NCBI GenBank assembly: GCA_964545925.1
Contig: CAZJHM010000002.1
Span: 17,546-36,867, forward strand
Length of the DNA: 19,322 nt
Reading direction: 5' to 3'
Source: an uncultured archaeon
GTDB lineage: Archaea; Iainarchaeota; Iainarchaeia; Iainarchaeales; CAZJHM01
A model generated the notes under the pieces. That model searched no databases. It worked only from the letters and a program-made list of their open reading frames with translations, and was not told the origin of the DNA. The position numbers were made by a program, and so were the translations under genes. This document shows, one piece after another, positions 1-7,266 of this stretch (position 1 is the stretch's first letter; each line of letters opens with the position of its first letter).

Positions 1-340
1 ACCCCAAAACCTCAACCCAAAAAAGAAACCACAAAACCTGAAATCCCTGCTCCGAGAAAAATCAAAGAACCTGAAATTCCACCTCAGAAAAAACCAGAAG
101 AAAAGAAAAAAGGATTTTTAGAAAAAATCTTCGGAGTACCAAAACAACCCTCCCAAAAAGAACCTGAAAAAGAAATCCCAATCCAGAAAGAACCAGAAAC
201 CCAGAAAATTCCAGAAATCCCTTTTTCAAGAGAACCTGAAATCCAAATCCAGAAAGAAATTCAAGAACAAAAAGAAATTCCAATCCAGAAAGAACAAATA
301 GAAATTCAAAAGAAAGAAGAAAAACAACCAAAACTAGGAA
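1..340 (+). repeat. Imperfect tandem nucleotide and peptide repeats that encode the FtsY A-domain, with recurring units gaacctgaaat and atccagaaagaa[ac].
   Basis: gaacctgaaat recurs near 67, 158 and 231. atccagaaagaa recurs near 181, 247 and 283. The peptide repeats are EPEIP, IQKE and IPIQKE. The region is coding, not an intergenic repeat. Confidence 0.5.
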
Positions 341-1209
341 TCTTTACAAAAGCAAAAGCAATTTTTTCACAAAAAGTAAAACTTTCAGAAAAAGAAATAG
401 ATTCACTTTTATTTGATATTGAAATGTCTTTAATTCAAGCAGATGTAGAACTAGAGACAGCACAACAATTAACAAAATATATGAAAGAATCTCTTTTAGA
501 AAAAGAATTTTCAAAAGAATCCCTTTCAAAAGACTTAGACACAGCAATGAAACAAGCAATTGAAAAACTAATAGATATTCCTTATCCAAATTTAATAGAA
601 GAAATAAAACAAAAAAAGAAACCAGTGAAGATTTTATTTTTCGGCCCAAATGGAGCAGGAAAAACAACAACAATTGCAAAAATAGCTGAACATTTAAAAA
701 ACGAAAATTTAACTTCAATTTTAGCAGCAGGAGATACTTTCAGAGCAGCATCAATAGAACAAATAAAAAAACATGCAGACAGATTAAATCTAAGATTAAT
801 AAGTCATTCTTATGGAGCAGACCCATCAGCAGTTGCTTTTGATGCAATAAAAGCAGCAGAAGCAAACAACATAGATGTAGTTTTAATAGACACAGCAGGA
901 AGACAAGAAACAAACACAAACCTTTTGAAAGAACTAAGTAAAATAGTTAGAGTATCAAAACCAGATTATAAAATATATGTCGGAGAATCAATTTCAGGAA
1001 CAGCAATTTTAAATCAAGCAAAAGAGTTTGATAAAGAGTTTGGTTTAGATGGTTTCATACTTACTAAATTAGATTTAGACCCAAAAGGAGGCTCAGCTCT
1101 TTCTTTAATTTACAATCTTCAAAAACCAATCTATTTCTTTGGAACAGGGCAAACCTATAAAGACTTGAAACACTTCTCAAAACAAGAACTCTTAAACCAA
1201 ATCCTCTGA
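1..1209 (+). CDS. ftsY: Signal recognition particle receptor FtsY. It is 5'-partial: the reading frame is open from base 1 in frame with the 424 ATG. The N-terminus is a low-complexity acidic/lysine/proline-rich A-domain followed by the NG GTPase domain.
   Basis: Frame 1 has no stop from 1 to 1209. The N-terminal translation TPKPQPKKETTKPEIP...EPEIQIQKEIQEQKEIPIQKE is typical of an FtsY A-domain. SRP-GTPase motifs are present: GPNGAGKTTTIAKIA (G1), DTFRAA, DTAGR (G3), TKLDLDPKGG (G4). The protein ends directly after the NG domain with no M domain, which separates it from SRP54. Confidence 0.9.
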   Translation, partial: TPKPQPKKETTKPEIPAPRKIKEPEIPPQKKPEEKKKGFLEKIFGVPKQPSQKEPEKEIPIQKEPETQKIPEIPFSREPEIQIQKEIQEQKEIPIQKEQIEIQKKEEKQPKLGIFTKAKAIFSQKVKLSEKEIDSLLFDIEMSLIQADVELETAQQLTKYMKESLLEKEFSKESLSKDLDTAMKQAIEKLIDIPYPNLIEEIKQKKKPVKILFFGPNGAGKTTTIAKIAEHLKNENLTSILAAGDTFRAASIEQIKKHADRLNLRLISHSYGADPSAVAFDAIKAAEANNIDVVLIDTAGRQETNTNLLKELSKIVRVSKPDYKIYVGESISGTAILNQAKEFDKEFGLDGFILTKLDLDPKGGSALSLIYNLQKPIYFFGTGQTYKDLKHFSKQELLNQIL

Positions 1210-1246
1210 AAACATCTTTTTATTTCTTTCCCCCCAAATTCTATTT

Positions 1247-2563
1247 ATGTTAGGACAAGCCTTAAGAAATGCATTAGACAAAATAAAGTCAACTTTCACA
1301 GACAATGAAATGGAAGAGTCTATAAAAGATATCCAAAGAGCACTTCTTCAATCAGATGTAGATGTAGAATTAGTTTTTGAAATTTCAAAAAAATTAAAAG
1401 ATTTAATAAAAGAAGAACAACCAAAAGGAATTACAAGAAAAGAATTCTTCACAAAACAAGCTTTTGAATTATTAGCAGATTTATTAGGAGGAAAACCAAA
1501 AGAAAGAGAACCAAAGAAAATTCTTTTAGTAGGTTTATTTGGTTCAGGAAAAACAACAACCTCAGCAAAACTAGCCCATTTCTACCAAAAAAGAGGAAAA
1601 AAAGTTCTTTTAGTAGCAGCAGACACTTATCGTCCAGCAGCTTATGAACAATTAAAACAATTATCAGAAAAAATCCAAGTTTCTTTCTACGGAGAACCAG
1701 AAGAAACAAATCCATCAAAAATTGTTAGAAATGCTTTAAAGGAAAAAGCAGACATAATTATAGTTGATTCAGCAGGAAGAAATGCTTTAGATTCTGAATT
1801 ACAAAAAGAAATCAAAGAAATAAAAAAAGAATTAAATCCAGACAACACTTGGTTGGTTTTAAGTGGAGACATAGGAAAAATAGCAAAACCTCAAGCTCAA
1901 GCATTTCATGATTTAGTAGATGTAAATGGAGTAATTATTACAAAATTAGATGGTTCAGGAAAAGGAGGAGGAGCATTAGCAGCTTGCAGACAAACTCAAG
2001 CCCCAGTTCTTTTTATAGGAACAGGAGAACACATAGATGATTTGGAAATATTTGATGCAGAAAGATTTCTAAGCAGAGTAATGGGATATGGAGATTTACA
2101 AGGATTAATGGAAAAAATCTCAAATATTCAAGATGAAATTGAAAATCCTTTAGAATCAGAGTTTACATTAGAATCTTATTACAAACAATTAGAACAAACA
2201 AAAAAAATGGGCTCTTTAGGAAAGATAGCAGAAATGATTGGTTTGAAACAAGCAATACCTCAACAACAATTAGACATGACTGAAGAGAAGATGAAACATT
2301 TCAAATATATTATGGATTCAATGACAAAAAAAGAAAGAAAAAATCCAGAAATTCTATCTCACTCAAGAATAGAAAGAATAGCAAAAGGTTCAGGAACTCC
2401 AACAGAAGAAATCAGACAACTTTTAAAACAATATAAGCTAATGAAAAATGCATTTGAAAAAATGAAAGATATTCAACAAGAAGATTTGAAAGAAGGTTCA
2501 TTTGAACAAATAGCAAAGAAGTTAGGTATGGGAAAAAAGAAAAAGAAAAAAAGGTTCTGGTAA
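1247..2563 (+). CDS. srp54: Signal recognition particle protein SRP54, with NG domain and a methionine-rich M domain.
   Basis: GLFGSGKTTTSAKLA (G1), DTYRPAA, DSAGR, TKLDGSGKGGGALAA. The C-terminal M-domain is Met-rich (MGSLGKIAEMIGLK...MTEEKMKHFKYIMDSMTKKERKNPEIL). The K-rich tail ends at a TAA that overlaps the next ATG (TAATG at 2561-2565). Confidence 0.93.
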   Translation: MLGQALRNALDKIKSTFTDNEMEESIKDIQRALLQSDVDVELVFEISKKLKDLIKEEQPKGITRKEFFTKQAFELLADLLGGKPKEREPKKILLVGLFGSGKTTTSAKLAHFYQKRGKKVLLVAADTYRPAAYEQLKQLSEKIQVSFYGEPEETNPSKIVRNALKEKADIIIVDSAGRNALDSELQKEIKEIKKELNPDNTWLVLSGDIGKIAKPQAQAFHDLVDVNGVIITKLDGSGKGGGALAACRQTQAPVLFIGTGEHIDDLEIFDAERFLSRVMGYGDLQGLMEKISNIQDEIENPLESEFTLESYYKQLEQTKKMGSLGKIAEMIGLKQAIPQQQLDMTEEKMKHFKYIMDSMTKKERKNPEILSHSRIERIAKGSGTPTEEIRQLLKQYKLMKNAFEKMKDIQQEDLKEGSFEQIAKKLGMGKKKKKKRFW

Positions 2564-3324
2564 TGATTCTCTTTAAACAACTAATAATTCTCTTTTTCAC
2601 ATCCATAGCTTCCTTTCAAGACATAAAAGAAAGAGAAGTTTCAGATATTCTTAATTATTCTTTTCTTTTCTTCTCTCTTTTACTAATAATTTATTTACAA
2701 GAATATACAAGCATTTTCTATGCTTCTTTAGTTTTCTTAATAGGATATCTCTTATACAGAAAAGGAATAATAGGAGGAGGAGATGTAAAACTTTTAACAG
2801 CAACCAGTCTTTTACTTCCTTTTTATAATCAAAGATTTCTTATTTTAGATATTGTTTTCTTAGCAATTCTCTTAACTTCTCTTGCTCTTTCCCCAAACTT
2901 AATAAAATATTTAAGAAAAAAGAAAATAAAAGCAATAAAGGAAAACAAAACAAATCTTTTTTCTTCTTCAATTTTTTTCTTAGCTCTTGTTTTTATTTTT
3001 CTAACTCTTTCTCTCCCTCTCACTCCAACAAATATTCTTCTTTCTCTTTTAGTTTTATTAGCAATAATCTATTCAGGTTTTGAAAAAGGAGTAAGAAAAA
3101 TGTTTTATTTAAAGGAAATTTCAATAAATCAATTACAAGAAGATGAAATAGTAGAAACAGAAAATCTACCAAAAGAATTCCAAAATAATTTCCTAACAAG
3201 AAAAGAATTCAATCAATTGAAAAAATTAGGATACAAGAAACTAAAAGTTTATAGAAATCTTCCACCTTTAGTTCCCTTTATCTTCATAGCAGAAGTAATT
3301 ATTTTCGGAATCCAATTTCTATAA
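2563..3324 (+). CDS. A24-family aspartic membrane peptidase, an archaeal preflagellin/prepilin peptidase of the FlaK/PibD type, with a C-terminal extension.
   Basis: Polytopic membrane protein. The first catalytic-Asp motif is SFQDIKEREVSD (FlaK-like D-x-K-x-R-E-x-x-D). The second is IIGGGDVKLLTA, matching the GxGDxKL signature of type IV prepilin peptidases. Its start is translationally coupled to the srp54 stop. Confidence 0.7.
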   Translation: MILFKQLIILFFTSIASFQDIKEREVSDILNYSFLFFSLLLIIYLQEYTSIFYASLVFLIGYLLYRKGIIGGGDVKLLTATSLLLPFYNQRFLILDIVFLAILLTSLALSPNLIKYLRKKKIKAIKENKTNLFSSSIFFLALVFIFLTLSLPLTPTNILLSLLVLLAIIYSGFEKGVRKMFYLKEISINQLQEDEIVETENLPKEFQNNFLTRKEFNQLKKLGYKKLKVYRNLPPLVPFIFIAEVIIFGIQFL

Positions 3325-3378
3325 GTTAGAAAAATATATTTTAAATTATTTTTATCCAAATAAAAGTTTTATATACAA

Positions 3379-4230
3379 TTAAATCATTTTTTTCTTCTTA
3401 AACTCTTCAATCATTAGTTTAATCCCTTCTTTATATCCTGTCTTAGGAGCCCAACCAATATTTCTTATCTTAGTTATATCATATTTTCTTTCGCGAACTA
3501 ATCTAGTTATATGTTCAGGAATAATAGAAGGATGTTTTTTGAAACTCTCATTTATTGCATATATCTGCCCAAACAACATAGGAACACTACTTCCTTTTCC
3601 CAATCCAAGATTTTTCCTAATTTCTTCATAAATATCTCTTAGACTAACATTTTCATCATTTGCAACAACAAAAGTCTCACCCAAAACCCCTTTTTTGAAA
3701 ATTAACATTTCAATAACTTCAGCCAAATCCTCAACATAAATAGTTTGCCATTGAAAGTTCCCAGAACTTATCAAAGGTTTTTTAGATTGTTTAGTAATTC
3801 CAACCCAATATCTATTTGTCCCCAAAACCAATGCACTTCTTATTATCACATGATTTTTAAATCCTCTAACAATCATCTCAGCCATTTGCTTACTTCTTTC
3901 ATATGGGGTTTCTGGGGCATATTTGCTTTTTTCATCAAAAGGAGTATCTGAAAGAGCACATACTCCACTTGTGCTTAAATAAACTAATTTCTTAACTTTG
4001 TTTTCTTTGCATGCTTTAACAACATTATCAGTTCCAATAACATTTACTTCAAATAAATCTGGACTTTGTTCATCTAACACAGCAGCCATATGCAAAACAA
4101 TGTCTGCATTTTTTGTTTGTTTTAAACAATTCTTGTAATCTCTTATATCTCCCTTAAACTTTTTAGCTCCCTTTAATCTTTTCATAACTCTTTTCCCAAC
4201 AAATCCATCATGTCCAATAACTAAAATCAT
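3379..4230 (-). CDS. NAD-dependent epimerase/dehydratase of the extended SDR family; probably a nucleotide-sugar epimerase or reductase.
   Basis: N-terminal Rossmann motif MILVIGHDGFVGKRV (GxxGxxG). Catalytic YxxxK in PYERSKQMAEM. About 283 aa. Its start ATG overlaps the upstream gene's stop (ATGA at 4227-4230). Confidence 0.8.
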   Translation of the reverse strand: MILVIGHDGFVGKRVMKRLKGAKKFKGDIRDYKNCLKQTKNADIVLHMAAVLDEQSPDLFEVNVIGTDNVVKACKENKVKKLVYLSTSGVCALSDTPFDEKSKYAPETPYERSKQMAEMIVRGFKNHVIIRSALVLGTNRYWVGITKQSKKPLISSGNFQWQTIYVEDLAEVIEMLIFKKGVLGETFVVANDENVSLRDIYEEIRKNLGLGKGSSVPMLFGQIYAINESFKKHPSIIPEHITRLVRERKYDITKIRNIGWAPKTGYKEGIKLMIEEFKKKKMI

Positions 4231-5027
4231 AATAATCCTCCAATTATCAATGCAATCATATATACAATCATCCCTTTCTTATATATTTCTTGTGCATTTG
4301 AATATTTGCCAGAAAGAAGTTTTTTAATTCCAAAAATAAATATTAAAAAACTTAAACTTGTCAAAATTAAATAATACAAACTAAACACACTATATAGATA
4401 AATCGCAAAAGGAAATCCAGCCAAAACAAATGCCCCTCCTATTACTCCTGCCCATTTTTTCCCAATAACAGAAGGAAACCCTTTTTTCTCTTCTTTATCT
4501 CTTTCATAATCTTCCAAATCTTTTGCAATTTCTCTCCCAACATTTACTAAAAAAGCAGAAGTGCTTGCATAAAGAACAATTCCAATATTACCAGCAATTA
4601 TTCCTCCAAAAAGAAAAGTTAATCCAGTTCCCAAAGCAACAGCAAAGTTCCCAAGCCATTTTAATTCTTTCATAATAAATGCATAAATAATCATCAAAAG
4701 ATAAATCCCAATAGCTAACACACTTCCCCAAAAACCTAAGACAAGCGAAAGTCCAAGAGAAATAAAACTTAAGATAAAAAATAATTTCCAAGCATTTTCT
4801 AGAGAAATTTTCCCAGAACTTATTGGGTTTTTCTCTTTGGAATCTCTTTTCCAATCAGCAATATTATTAGCAATGTTTCCACAAGCACATATACCAAAAG
4901 CAACAATTCCACCAATTAATCCATATTCCCAAAAAATTCCAGCTTCAATCCAAAATCCAATCAAAACAGCAAGAAGAGCAATTAAACAATTCCCAATTCT
5001 TATCAACCTTAATACATCTTTTAGCAT
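4227..5027 (-). CDS. UbiA-family prenyltransferase, most likely digeranylgeranylglyceryl phosphate (DGGGP) synthase.
   Basis: Polytopic membrane protein with two Asp-rich motifs: NIANNIADWKRD (NxxxDxxxD) and REIAKDLEDYERD (DxxxD). The track start at 5042 is TTG. I place the start at the in-frame ATG at 5027 (MLKDVLRLIRIGNCL...), which fits a UbiA N-terminus. Confidence 0.7.
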   Translation of the reverse strand: MLKDVLRLIRIGNCLIALLAVLIGFWIEAGIFWEYGLIGGIVAFGICACGNIANNIADWKRDSKEKNPISSGKISLENAWKLFFILSFISLGLSLVLGFWGSVLAIGIYLLMIIYAFIMKELKWLGNFAVALGTGLTFLFGGIIAGNIGIVLYASTSAFLVNVGREIAKDLEDYERDKEEKKGFPSVIGKKWAGVIGGAFVLAGFPFAIYLYSVFSLYYLILTSLSFLIFIFGIKKLLSGKYSNAQEIYKKGMIVYMIALIIGGLL

Positions 5028-5046
5028 AATAAAAAAACCCAAATCC

Positions 5047-5056
5047 TTTTTAAAAA
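5047..5056. promoter_or_regulatory. Palindromic TATA-like element TTTTTAAAAA, centred about 24-25 bp from both divergent start codons (5027 on the minus strand, 5076 on the plus strand). It is a candidate shared bidirectional promoter for two leaderless genes.
   Basis: The 48-bp divergent intergenic region contains a self-complementary A/T decamer exactly equidistant from the two ATGs. Archaeal TATA boxes sit about 26 bp upstream of the transcription start, and leaderless transcripts start at or next to the ATG. Confidence 0.35.
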
Positions 5057-5075
5057 CATATTCTCACTCTTTTAT

Positions 5076-6017
5076 ATGCTAGAAATACCAGCTTACACAG
5101 AAAAAACACTATCTTTTTCTCTTTCTCTTTCTGCTTTTCAACAAAAATCAGTCAAACTTTTAGATATAAGAAAAAGAGAAGATAGAAAAGGAATTCAAAA
5201 TCAAGATATAATTCTCTTAGAAGCTTTAAAAAAAATAACAAAAGCAGAAGTAAAAAAAGATTCGTCAATTTTTTTCTCCCCAACAACTTTTGATTCTTCT
5301 CCAATCCGCATCTCGGCTAATTCTCCTGTCTCTCTTCCTGATTTTTTTCTCCCTCTTCTTCCCTTAGCAAAAAAAACAAACCTAAAAATAACTGCTTGTG
5401 GAATAACAGACACAGAAAAAAGTTCTCTAGATTTCCTCCAATATTCTCTTCTTCCATTATCAAGAAAACATGGTTTAAAAGCAAATTTAAAAATAACAAA
5501 AAGAGGATTTTATCCTAAGAACAAAGGACAAGTAACTTTAACTCTTTTAAGATCAAAGTTAAAACCAATAAAAATCTCAAATAAAGGAAAAATAGATTAC
5601 ATAAAGATAATTACAAATTCCAGAGGATTTACAACACAAGCAATAGAAATGGAAAAACTTGCTAAATTTCATCTAAAAAATCTAGCAGAAATAGACATCC
5701 AAAGAAACCACATAGAAACCAAAGAAAACAAAGGAGCCTCAATCTCTTTAATCGCATATTGCGAAAACTTGCCTTTCTTTTCATATTCAATCTTAACTCC
5801 AAAAAGAAATCCAGAAAAAACAGTTCTTTCAGCAATTGAACTCCTCAAAAAGAAACTTTCTTTACCTATAGACCCCCTTCTATTAGATTATTTCTTAGTC
5901 CATACAGCAATTGTAAAAAAAGGAGTTTTTCCTTACACAAAAACAGAAATAAAAGAATTATCTGAAGTTTTTTTCAATATCTCTTTTACAGAAAAAGATA
6001 ATCTAATTTCTCTTTAA
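5076..6017 (+). CDS. RNA 3'-terminal phosphate cyclase-like protein (RtcA/Rcl1 family), divergent and possibly non-catalytic.
   Basis: N-terminal LEIPAYTEKTLSFSLSLSAFQQKSVKLLDIRKRE aligns with RtcA [36 protein letters not shown], but the GGGQ is replaced by TEKT. The central KRGFYPKNKG matches the RtcA RHGFYPAGGG motif, and GITD matches GGTD. By rough hand alignment the C-terminal adenylated-His position appears substituted. Length 313 aa. Confidence 0.55.
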   Translation: MLEIPAYTEKTLSFSLSLSAFQQKSVKLLDIRKREDRKGIQNQDIILLEALKKITKAEVKKDSSIFFSPTTFDSSPIRISANSPVSLPDFFLPLLPLAKKTNLKITACGITDTEKSSLDFLQYSLLPLSRKHGLKANLKITKRGFYPKNKGQVTLTLLRSKLKPIKISNKGKIDYIKIITNSRGFTTQAIEMEKLAKFHLKNLAEIDIQRNHIETKENKGASISLIAYCENLPFFSYSILTPKRNPEKTVLSAIELLKKKLSLPIDPLLLDYFLVHTAIVKKGVFPYTKTEIKELSEVFFNISFTEKDNLISL

Positions 6018-6073
6018 TTACAAATAAATACAAAAAAAGTTTTTGAAAAGAAAGAAATCTAATTTCTCTTTAA
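6000..6073. repeat. 18-bp perfect direct repeat aatctaatttctctttaa (copy 1 at 6000-6017, copy 2 at 6056-6073). It covers the 3' end of the RtcA-like gene and the 3' end of the convergent Rpp21 gene.
   Basis: Read directly from the sequence. Copy 1 ends with the RtcA-like TAA stop. Copy 2 overlaps the Rpp21 stop codon at 6059-6061 on the minus strand. The spacer is 38 bp. Confidence 0.6.
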
Positions 6074-6283
6074 ATTATTCCCACATTCACATTTCAAATT
6101 TTTCCCAAGAAATTTCTTGCATTTTTTACAAAATAATTTTTTCTGCTCCCCAGTTAGTTTTACTCTTGCCTTTTGTTGTATTTTAAGTGCAATTTCAAGA
6201 TATCTATCAGCATATTTAGAATTCTTTTCAGCTAATAAAAAAAGTTTCCTAATTCTTTCTTCTGCAATTTCTTTTACTCCCAT
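6059..6283 (-). CDS. rnp4: RNase P protein component Rpp21/Rpr2, a zinc-ribbon protein.
   Basis: MGVKEIAEERIRKLFLLAEKNSKYADRYLEIALKIQQKARVKLTGEQKKLFCKKCKKFLGKNLKCECGNNLKRN has the Rpr2 pattern: ERI..LF.LAE, RYV..A.KI..K.RV.L....K..FCKKC...L. The track start at 6304 is GTG and falls inside the tRNA. The first ATG is at 6283. Confidence 0.75.
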   Translation of the reverse strand: MGVKEIAEERIRKLFLLAEKNSKYADRYLEIALKIQQKARVKLTGEQKKLFCKKCKKFLGKNLKCECGNNLKRN

Positions 6284-6295
6284 TTCAAAAACCAA

Positions 6296-6367
6296 TGCGG
6301 CCACCGGGGCTCGAACCCGAGTCTCAAGCTTGGCAAGCTTGCATTCTAACCACTAAACTATGGCCGC
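6296..6367 (-). tRNA. tRNA-Gly (anticodon GCC), 72 nt, no encoded CCA.
   Basis: The minus-strand sequence GCGGCCATAGTTTAGTGGTTAGAATGCAAGCTTGCCAAGCTTGAGACTCGGGTTCGAGCCCCGGTGGCCGCA folds as a cloverleaf. The 7-bp acceptor stem is GCGGCCA/TGGCCGC. The anticodon stem is CAAGC/GCTTG with loop TTGCCAA, giving anticodon GCC. The T-arm is TCGGG-TTCGAGC-CCCGG. It is a GC-rich island in AT-rich surroundings. Confidence 0.85.
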
Positions 6368-6390
6368 TTCTAAATAAATCCCCTGTAAAA

Positions 6391-6410
6391 CATATAAAAA
6401 TCTTTCCTAA
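6391..6410 (-). promoter_or_regulatory. Candidate archaeal promoter for tRNA-Gly: a purine-rich BRE-like element followed by the TATA box TTTTTATATG, centred about 28 bp upstream of the tRNA 5' end.
   Basis: The minus strand reads TTAGGAAAGA-TTTTTATATG at 6410 down to 6391. The tRNA 5' end is at 6367. Confidence 0.4.
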
Positions 6411-6457
6411 ATTCCTCAAAGCAAACCTTTTTAATTATTCAATTCTAAATTATTCTT

Positions 6458-7225
6458 ATGGATAAGGGAATTTACAAGAAAATTCTAAAATTAATACAAG
6501 AAAAAGGAACATTAACTTTTATGCAAATTGACCCTCCAAATTACAATCCAGAACAAATTCCAAAAATAGCAAAGATAGCAGCAGATAATGGAATCTCGGC
6601 ATTTGCAGTTGGAGGCTCAGTAGGAGCACAAGGAAAAATCTTGGAAGATGCTTTAATATCAATAAAAGATGTTTGTGACACACCAACAATTCTTTTTCCA
6701 GGAAACATAGCAACTCTCTCCTCAAAAGCAGATGCAGTTTATCTCTTAAGTATGCTTAATTCAAATGACCCTTATTGGATATCAGGAGCACAAATAGCTT
6801 CTTCTTTCCCAATAAAGAAAATGAATTTAGAAGTAATTCCAACATCTTATATAATAGTTGAACCAGGAAGAGCAGTAGGATGGATAGGAAGAGCCCAACC
6901 AATACCAAGAAACATACCTTATTTAGCAGCAGCAACTTGCTTAGCAGGAGAATACATGGGAGCAAAACTTCTTCTTTTAGAATCAGGAGGAGGAGCAGAA
7001 TCCCCAGCCCCACCTGAAATGATTAAAATAATAAAAAAACATACAACTATTCCTTTAGGTGTAGCAGGAGGAATAAGAACTGAGAAAAATGCTCAAGACA
7101 CAGCAGCAGCAGGAGCAGACATTATTCAAGTAGGCACAGTTTTTGAAAATTCTTTCTCAACCTTAGGAAAAAGAGTCAATAATATAGTCAAAGCCGCAGA
7201 AAAAGGAGCAAAGCAAAGAAAATAA
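6458..7225 (+). CDS. Geranylgeranylglyceryl phosphate synthase (GGGP synthase, PcrB family), the first committed enzyme of archaeal ether-lipid synthesis.
   Basis: TIM-barrel PcrB/GGGPS signatures: FMQIDPPNY (compare the H..LDP N-terminal motif), AFAVGGS, LLLLESGGGAESPAPPEMIKIIKK, and PLGVAGGIRTEKNAQDTAAAGADIIQVGTVFE (compare GGGI..E.A......AD.IVVGN). Confidence 0.85.
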   Translation: MDKGIYKKILKLIQEKGTLTFMQIDPPNYNPEQIPKIAKIAADNGISAFAVGGSVGAQGKILEDALISIKDVCDTPTILFPGNIATLSSKADAVYLLSMLNSNDPYWISGAQIASSFPIKKMNLEVIPTSYIIVEPGRAVGWIGRAQPIPRNIPYLAAATCLAGEYMGAKLLLLESGGGAESPAPPEMIKIIKKHTTIPLGVAGGIRTEKNAQDTAAAGADIIQVGTVFENSFSTLGKRVNNIVKAAEKGAKQRK

Positions 7226-7266
7226 TTTTACTAACTCTTTTTATCCTCATCTTATCTTATTTTTAT

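Noticed and set aside
62-718. Minus-strand ORFs 62..331 and 344..718 (89 and 124 aa; L/F/V-rich).
   Set aside because: They are antisense to the FtsY A-domain and N-domain. Their low-complexity, hydrophobic composition is what the reverse complement of K/E-rich coding sequence produces, and there are no motifs. I treat them as shadow ORFs.
1449-3023. Minus-strand ORFs 1449..1718, 1687..1872, 2412..2606 and 2829..3023.
   Set aside because: All lie inside and antisense to the well-supported srp54 and A24 peptidase genes. No motifs are present and their composition mirrors the sense strand.
3745-5499. ORFs 3745..3951 (+), 4588..4854 (-), 4837..5082 (+), 5201..5413 (-) and 5317..5499 (-).
   Set aside because: They overlap the epimerase, DGGGPS or RtcA-like genes in antisense or alternate frames. 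They have no start-site signals or recognisable domains.
6296-6304. Track start of Rpp21 at 6304 (GTG), which overlaps the tRNA by 9 nt.
   Set aside because: An in-frame ATG at 6283 gives a normal Rpr2 N-terminus (MGVKEIAEERIRKLF) and avoids overlap with the tRNA body.
6117-6356. Plus-strand ORF 6117..6356 (79 aa) crossing Rpp21 and the tRNA.
   Set aside because: It is antisense to Rpp21 and runs through the tRNA-Gly gene. It is not plausible as a coding sequence.
6519-7013. Minus ORFs 6519..6725 and 6756..7013 inside GGGPS.
   Set aside because: Antisense shadows of a strongly supported PcrB-family gene.
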